This document shows positions 58,851 to 64,000 of a DNA stretch of 64,000 nt, in pieces. The DNA is from Nemertoderma westbladi (taxonomy: Eukaryota > Animalia > Xenacoelomorpha). Both the position numbers and the translations under genes were made by a program. A model generated the notes under the pieces. It was not told the DNA's origin. It did no database searches and was given only the letters and a program-made list of their open reading frames with translations. The first letter of the stretch is position 1. Each line of letters begins with the position of its first letter. The stretch spans positions 1 through 64,000 of the forward strand of contig JAUCBJ010000045.1 of the NCBI GenBank assembly GCA_032718475.1. Reading direction: 5' to 3'.

Positions 58851-61800
58851 ATGAGTGAATCGGGCGAGACACCGACGCGGACCCCGGACGAAGATCAAAC
58901 GATCCGCGAGGCCGCGACCAAACGATACAGGCCCACGACGCCGGAGCCATCGATAACGGGCGAACCGGAAGCACAGGACGAGGAGGGCCTGGAACCCGAA
59001 GTCGAGCCAAGAGGAAGAGAGAGGGAAACGAAGAGAGACGGAGATGAGTCGACACAGGACGGAGATCGGCGCACTGATGTCGCCGGCCAGCTACAGGCCG
59101 AGGGCGACGAGCGGCCCACCGAAACGGCGACGGTGGGGCCGACGGTGCAACGCCGGACGCAAAGAGACGGAGGAGAGATCGGTACCGATGTCGCCAGCCA
59201 GCTACAGGCCGAGGGCGACGGACGGCCCACCGGAACGGCAACGGTGGAGCCGCCGGTACGATGTCGAACCCGGAGGGACGGAGGAGAGGTCGGCGACGAA
59301 GACGTCGGGGTTTCTGAGCGACTTCGACGGGCCTACAACGCGACCCGGAAGCTGATAAACGACGCCAAGAAGGAAGGGGCGAAGGTAGACGAGGTGAGAC
59401 TGAGAAAGCGACTAGGTGAGTCGGATAGACACTTAAATTACCTAATACGTTTTGGGCAGAGAGAACTAGCCGGGGAGAGAGCAAAAGGGATTGCCGGCGA
59501 ACTGTCTGAACTATGGGAGTGTGGGAGTATGGAACCTAGCGTAGCGCCAGTGTACATAGGGCCATACTTGGTCGATGCCCGGGGAGTAAAATTAGTGGGT
59601 TGGAGGGGACCTGAGGGGGGCGAATCCGAGGTTAACCCCGAGGATTCGGCCTCGTCGGTCGGAGAAAGTTCCGGGAAGCGGGGGAAAGTTAGTAGGTCGG
59701 GAAGGCGGAGGGGGTCCGTCGCAACCGATAAGTCTGCTACATCCTCCGCGAAAGGAAGAGTGGTGAGAGAGATAGGTGCTGCATACCGTCTCGACGTGGC
59801 AGAGCAAGGTCAGAAGGAAATGGAGGAACGGCTAGAGGAGGGGAGAGCGCGGTTAGCGAGGGAAGCGGCATTGATTAAAGAGGCCGGAGAGAGGGTCGAA
59901 AGGGCTTTGAGGAGCCTTAGGGAGAGTGACGAAATAGAGGAAAATGAGTGTAGAGAGCGTGAGGCAAGGGAGGAAAGGGAACGCAGAGAGCGTGAGGCGA
60001 GGGAGGACGAGGAACGCAGAGAGCGTGAGGTGAGAAGGGAAAAGGAACGCAAGGAATATGAGGCGAGAAGGGAAAAGGAACGCAAAGAGCGTGAGGCGAG
60101 ACGAAGGGAGAGCGCTAGGAGTGTAGTAGAGTCGGCCAGACGGGACAGCCAGGAGAGTGAGAAGAGAGGGGCAAAGGCTGAGCGAGAGCTAAGGGAATTA
60201 GAGAAACGCCAAGGTGAATGGGCAAAAAATAAGATTAGACGGGCGCACGAGCTGGAACTGGTCCGAGTGTTGCCGTCTGAAAGCGGGGCCGGCTCGAGTA
60301 TTTTTGAGGAGCCAGGGGCCGTAGACACGTTCATTAATACCCCACTGACAGGGACCGCACGACAGACCCAAAACTGGTGTGACCGTACGGGCGGGGGGGG
60401 GTAATAATAATGATGGTACAGTAGACGTTGTTAATATTGATAATACCGTATGGGACAACACTAATCAAACCTTTATTACAGGAAATGCTTTGCCTAGTGG
60501 TAGTAATTTAAATTTAAATCAGGATAATCCCAATATTAATGTAGGAAATAATTCTAATATTGATGTAGTTACGCAAATTAATTCAAATAATCAAAATAAT
60601 AACCCAAATTCAAACCTACAAAATAATTTAAATAACGCAGTTACGCAAAATAATTCGAATAATTTAAATAATGACCTATGCCCGAATTTACAAAATAATT
60701 CAGATAACGTAGTCGCGCAGAATAATACAAATGACTTTGTTCCAAACGAGCAAATTAATTCCGTTTCCAATATGGGTGCTATTAATGTAAACACGTCGGG
60801 CCTACATAACCGAGCGGAAGAGGGCCTGGTAGGTCACATAGTCGGTAGCCAGACGGATGAGGGCCTGGTAGGCCACGTAGTTAGTAGACAGGGAGCAGAG
60901 GGCCTGGTAGGCCACGTAGTTAGTAGACAGGGAGCAGAGGGCCTGGTAGGCCACGCAATAGCAGAGGGAGAGGCGGGGGTGAATGGACCCGACCGCAGTA
61001 GGGTTGATGTGTCGACTAGAGAGGTATATAATAGCGGGGAGAGAGGTAGCGAAGTTAGATGTAGAGAGTGGGGGGGGGGGGCTACGAGGACCCCACAACA
61101 GAGAGTTAGCGGCGAGAGGGGGGGGCAGGGAGTGTCCCACAGCCGTCAGCGGATAATGCGAGGGCCAAAATAGGTAAACCGCAACAACCGGCAACGGAAA
61201 GTAACAGGGGGATTGCGGGTATCCCCAGCGGCGTGCGACCGAGCAGAGAGAGACAGGTTGACGTCACGAGAGGGCGGACGAAGCGTCGAGCCCGATCAGA
61301 AGAGGGAAGAAGAACAGTGGGGTTTAACCGGGAGGTCGACGAGAGATCTCGCGAGCGGGAATATTCCACTGATAGGAGAAGAAAGGAAGACAGTAGTAGA
61401 AGTATCGCCGCGAACGATAGAAGAGCGAGGACGGATAGCGAGCCGTCGATAGTCGAGATGAGAACGGAGAGTCAGTGGGGTCGGACTCCGGGAGATTGCC
61501 GTCGCCCCGGAGGGATGCGACCCGGTGAGATGCATTACACGCCGATGGAGGGGTACGCGATGTACCGGTGCGAAGATGAGAACAGTAGAGGGGGGGGTCG
61601 AAGAGAAACTTTCCGACGGAATACACCTATTGATCGAGAGTACGGTAGCCGCGGGGAGGATTATTCGAGAAGAATAAACTTCGATCCCGAGGGACACATG
61701 CAGACTGTAGGACATACTGTAGGCCTTACTGCACATACCGTAGGCCATACTGAGAGAGGCAATGTAGGCGATAGGATAGCGTGGACAACGGGATTAAACC

Positions 61801-64000
61801 CGGAAGTCGCGGAATACATACCGGCGAGTAGGCCAGAAGCTGATAGGCCTATACCGGTACCAACACAGCAGTATGACTACAGCATGCAGGGACATAACAT
61901 ATACCCAGGGGAGGGGGGAATTATTGCGGATAGGTGCATGGGCCCCAACATATTAACATCAACCCCATTACCAAACATACCGGTGGGGGGGGGACAGGGT
62001 GACATTCCCCCATCACAATATCAACAATATACCCCGATGGTAGCAAGAACAACGAGACCCCTGGACGAAAACAGATCGTGTGACACAGATATATGGAGGG
62101 GGCCGCTACCCCCAATGACATACCCAAGCCAGAGAAGGTCAAGAAGTAGGACAGACGGAACGCACCAGACAGGGGAAACTATACAGCACCCGTCGAATCC
62201 ATTAGAAGCGCAGGCGATAGGGATGGCCACGTTGATCGATGCTTTGAAAACGAGGATCGAGTTACCACCCGTGGAACCATTCAAGTTCGACGGGAGTAGG
62301 CCGGAAGAATATTTACAATTTCGGCGAATGTATAGTAACGAAATACTAACAAAAAACTTGACGCAGGCGGAGTGCCTAAAGTATCTACAAGTGTACACGG
62401 GAGGCCCAGCATACGATATCGTGAGGCAATATCAGGGAATAGAGGGCGGCTTCACGACAGCATGGCGGGCACTGGATAGGGAATACGGGCACCCGGCCAA
62501 GATCATCAGGCAGACGCTGAGAGGCATAACATCGGGTGGCCTACAGGACAACCCCATTAGCATTAAGACGTTTGCTAACAAAGTCGAAAAGGCGCTAATC
62601 GTACTGAAGACGCTAGACGCGCCGTACGAGCTCAATGCGTCCAACAACATCACCACGATAGCACAGGCACTACCGAACTGGCTGCGCAACAAGTGGAGGA
62701 AGATCGCTTTCTCCACTCGAGACAAGAAGGGTGCGGAACCAGGTTTAGAAGAAATGTCAAACTTCTTAAATTACGAGGCTGAACTAATAACGGACCCAGT
62801 CTATAGTGAAGATAGCCTGGGAAAGGGACCAAAGACAGATCACTACAGGCCGAAACCAGAGCACAATACATCAAACGCATTGCCGAGGCTCAGACAATCA
62901 TTGCCATACGCAGCGACGCAGGGGACTGCAAGTCCACAGGCAAACGAAGATAAGACAACATCATGGAACGGACAGGGGAACAATAACAACATGAATAAAC
63001 ATAACCCCAGTACGTCCAGTAGGCCAAATCCAGTCAATAAGAATAGTAGGGACTTTGGTACGAATATAACTGCGATACGCAATGCATTGTATAAAGAGGG
63101 CTACGACCCAAAGAGCAAATGCCAGTTACACGCAAATGCGCTTCATAAAACCATGAACTGCAGGTACTGGCAGGCGCTACCGAGGCAAGACCAGATAGAT
63201 TACGCGTCGAGCAATAAAATCTGCTCGCGATGTGTGAAGAGTGGACACAAGGCCAGGGAGTGCCAAGAGAAGCCGGTCAAGTTTGGCCAAAGGAGAGGCC
63301 AAACGATGGCAACGAGCACGGTAGGGGCGAAGAAGAAAGGCACGGTGTTACTTGGAGTAGTACCGGTGCGAGTGATCGGGGAAGGCAATCGATCAGTAAC
63401 AACACTAATGCTGGTTGACAGTGGAGCTGCCTTCACATTAGTCGAGGAATGGGTAGCCGAAGAAATAGGATTGAGAACAAGGCCAAGCAGGATGGCGGTA
63501 ACAACCATCTCTAGCAAAGATGAGATCCTAGAGATGAGGACAGGACGGTGCGCAATTGCAGCAGTGGCACCAGGATGCGATTATGGGGCAACCATCGACC
63601 CCATCCAAGTAATAGAGTCAATTAACATCAATGCCAGGCGGCCAACCAACATCGAGGTTGAGCAGTACAAATTCCTGGACAACATTGACTTCTCAATCCC
63701 AGACGTGGACGTTAGGAAGGTATCCATCATAGTAGGTATGGACTGCCCAACAGCCCACGAAAGAATGCAAACGGTCTTCGGCGAAGACAAGCAGAGCGAC
63801 CCGGTGGCCATATTAACACCATTCGGGTGGACACTGACAGGCCCAATTAAGAGTAATATACCATTCCATGTGTCCGAGAGTTCAGGATGCATGGTGCCAG
63901 CAACTGACGAGATAGAGGAGAGGCCAGAAATGGGCAATAGTGGTAGACAGCTAGAAGTAGAAGCAACACCAAGAGAGTGGGCGGAGGAGAATGGTATGAA
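58851..64000 (+). CDS. Element D Gag-protease(-Pol) polyprotein, with frameshifts at G homopolymers
   Basis: 58851-60400, shift at the G run near 60395, Asn-rich segment, shift(s) at G runs near 61075/61120, then a frame open from about 61110 to the window end with KFDGS, AWRALDREYG, DPVY, CSRCVKSGHKAREC, MLVDSGA and TPFGWTLTGP. Confidence 0.85.

Larger units (their letters stand above)
58232..64000 (+). mobile_element. Element D: distinct BEL/Pao element, 5' portion, runs off the window
   Basis: Starts TGT exactly at the break in LTR A; putative 5' LTR 58232-58770 ending ACA (second LTR not visible); followed by gag-protease. Confidence 0.9.

Overview
AT-rich, repeat-dense animal (probably invertebrate) genomic DNA, not prokaryotic. 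The left half (1-30.6 kb) holds one complete intronless cytohesin (ARF-GEF) gene, an orphan terminal exon with a LamG/ConA-like domain, LINE/SINE fragments, several TIR elements (including a Chapaev relic with CACAGTG ends) and large minisatellites. The right half (30.6-64 kb) is a nest of four BEL/Pao LTR retrotransposons. Element A (minus strand) is interrupted by the young full-length relative B (LTRs identical by eye, GTCTC target duplication), by a scrambled one-ended element C, and by element D inserted in its 5' LTR. The main observation is that A, B and D lack a tRNA primer-binding site. Instead, the 9-13 nt directly after each 5' LTR are exactly complementary to a segment inside that element's own LTR, with compensatory changes between elements. 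This resembles Tf1-type self-priming, which I do not know from BEL/Pao. A and B are also RT/integrase-less Gag-protease elements that carry an unknown 3' accessory gene preceded by a covarying RNA structure. All alignments were done by eye and need computational confirmation.
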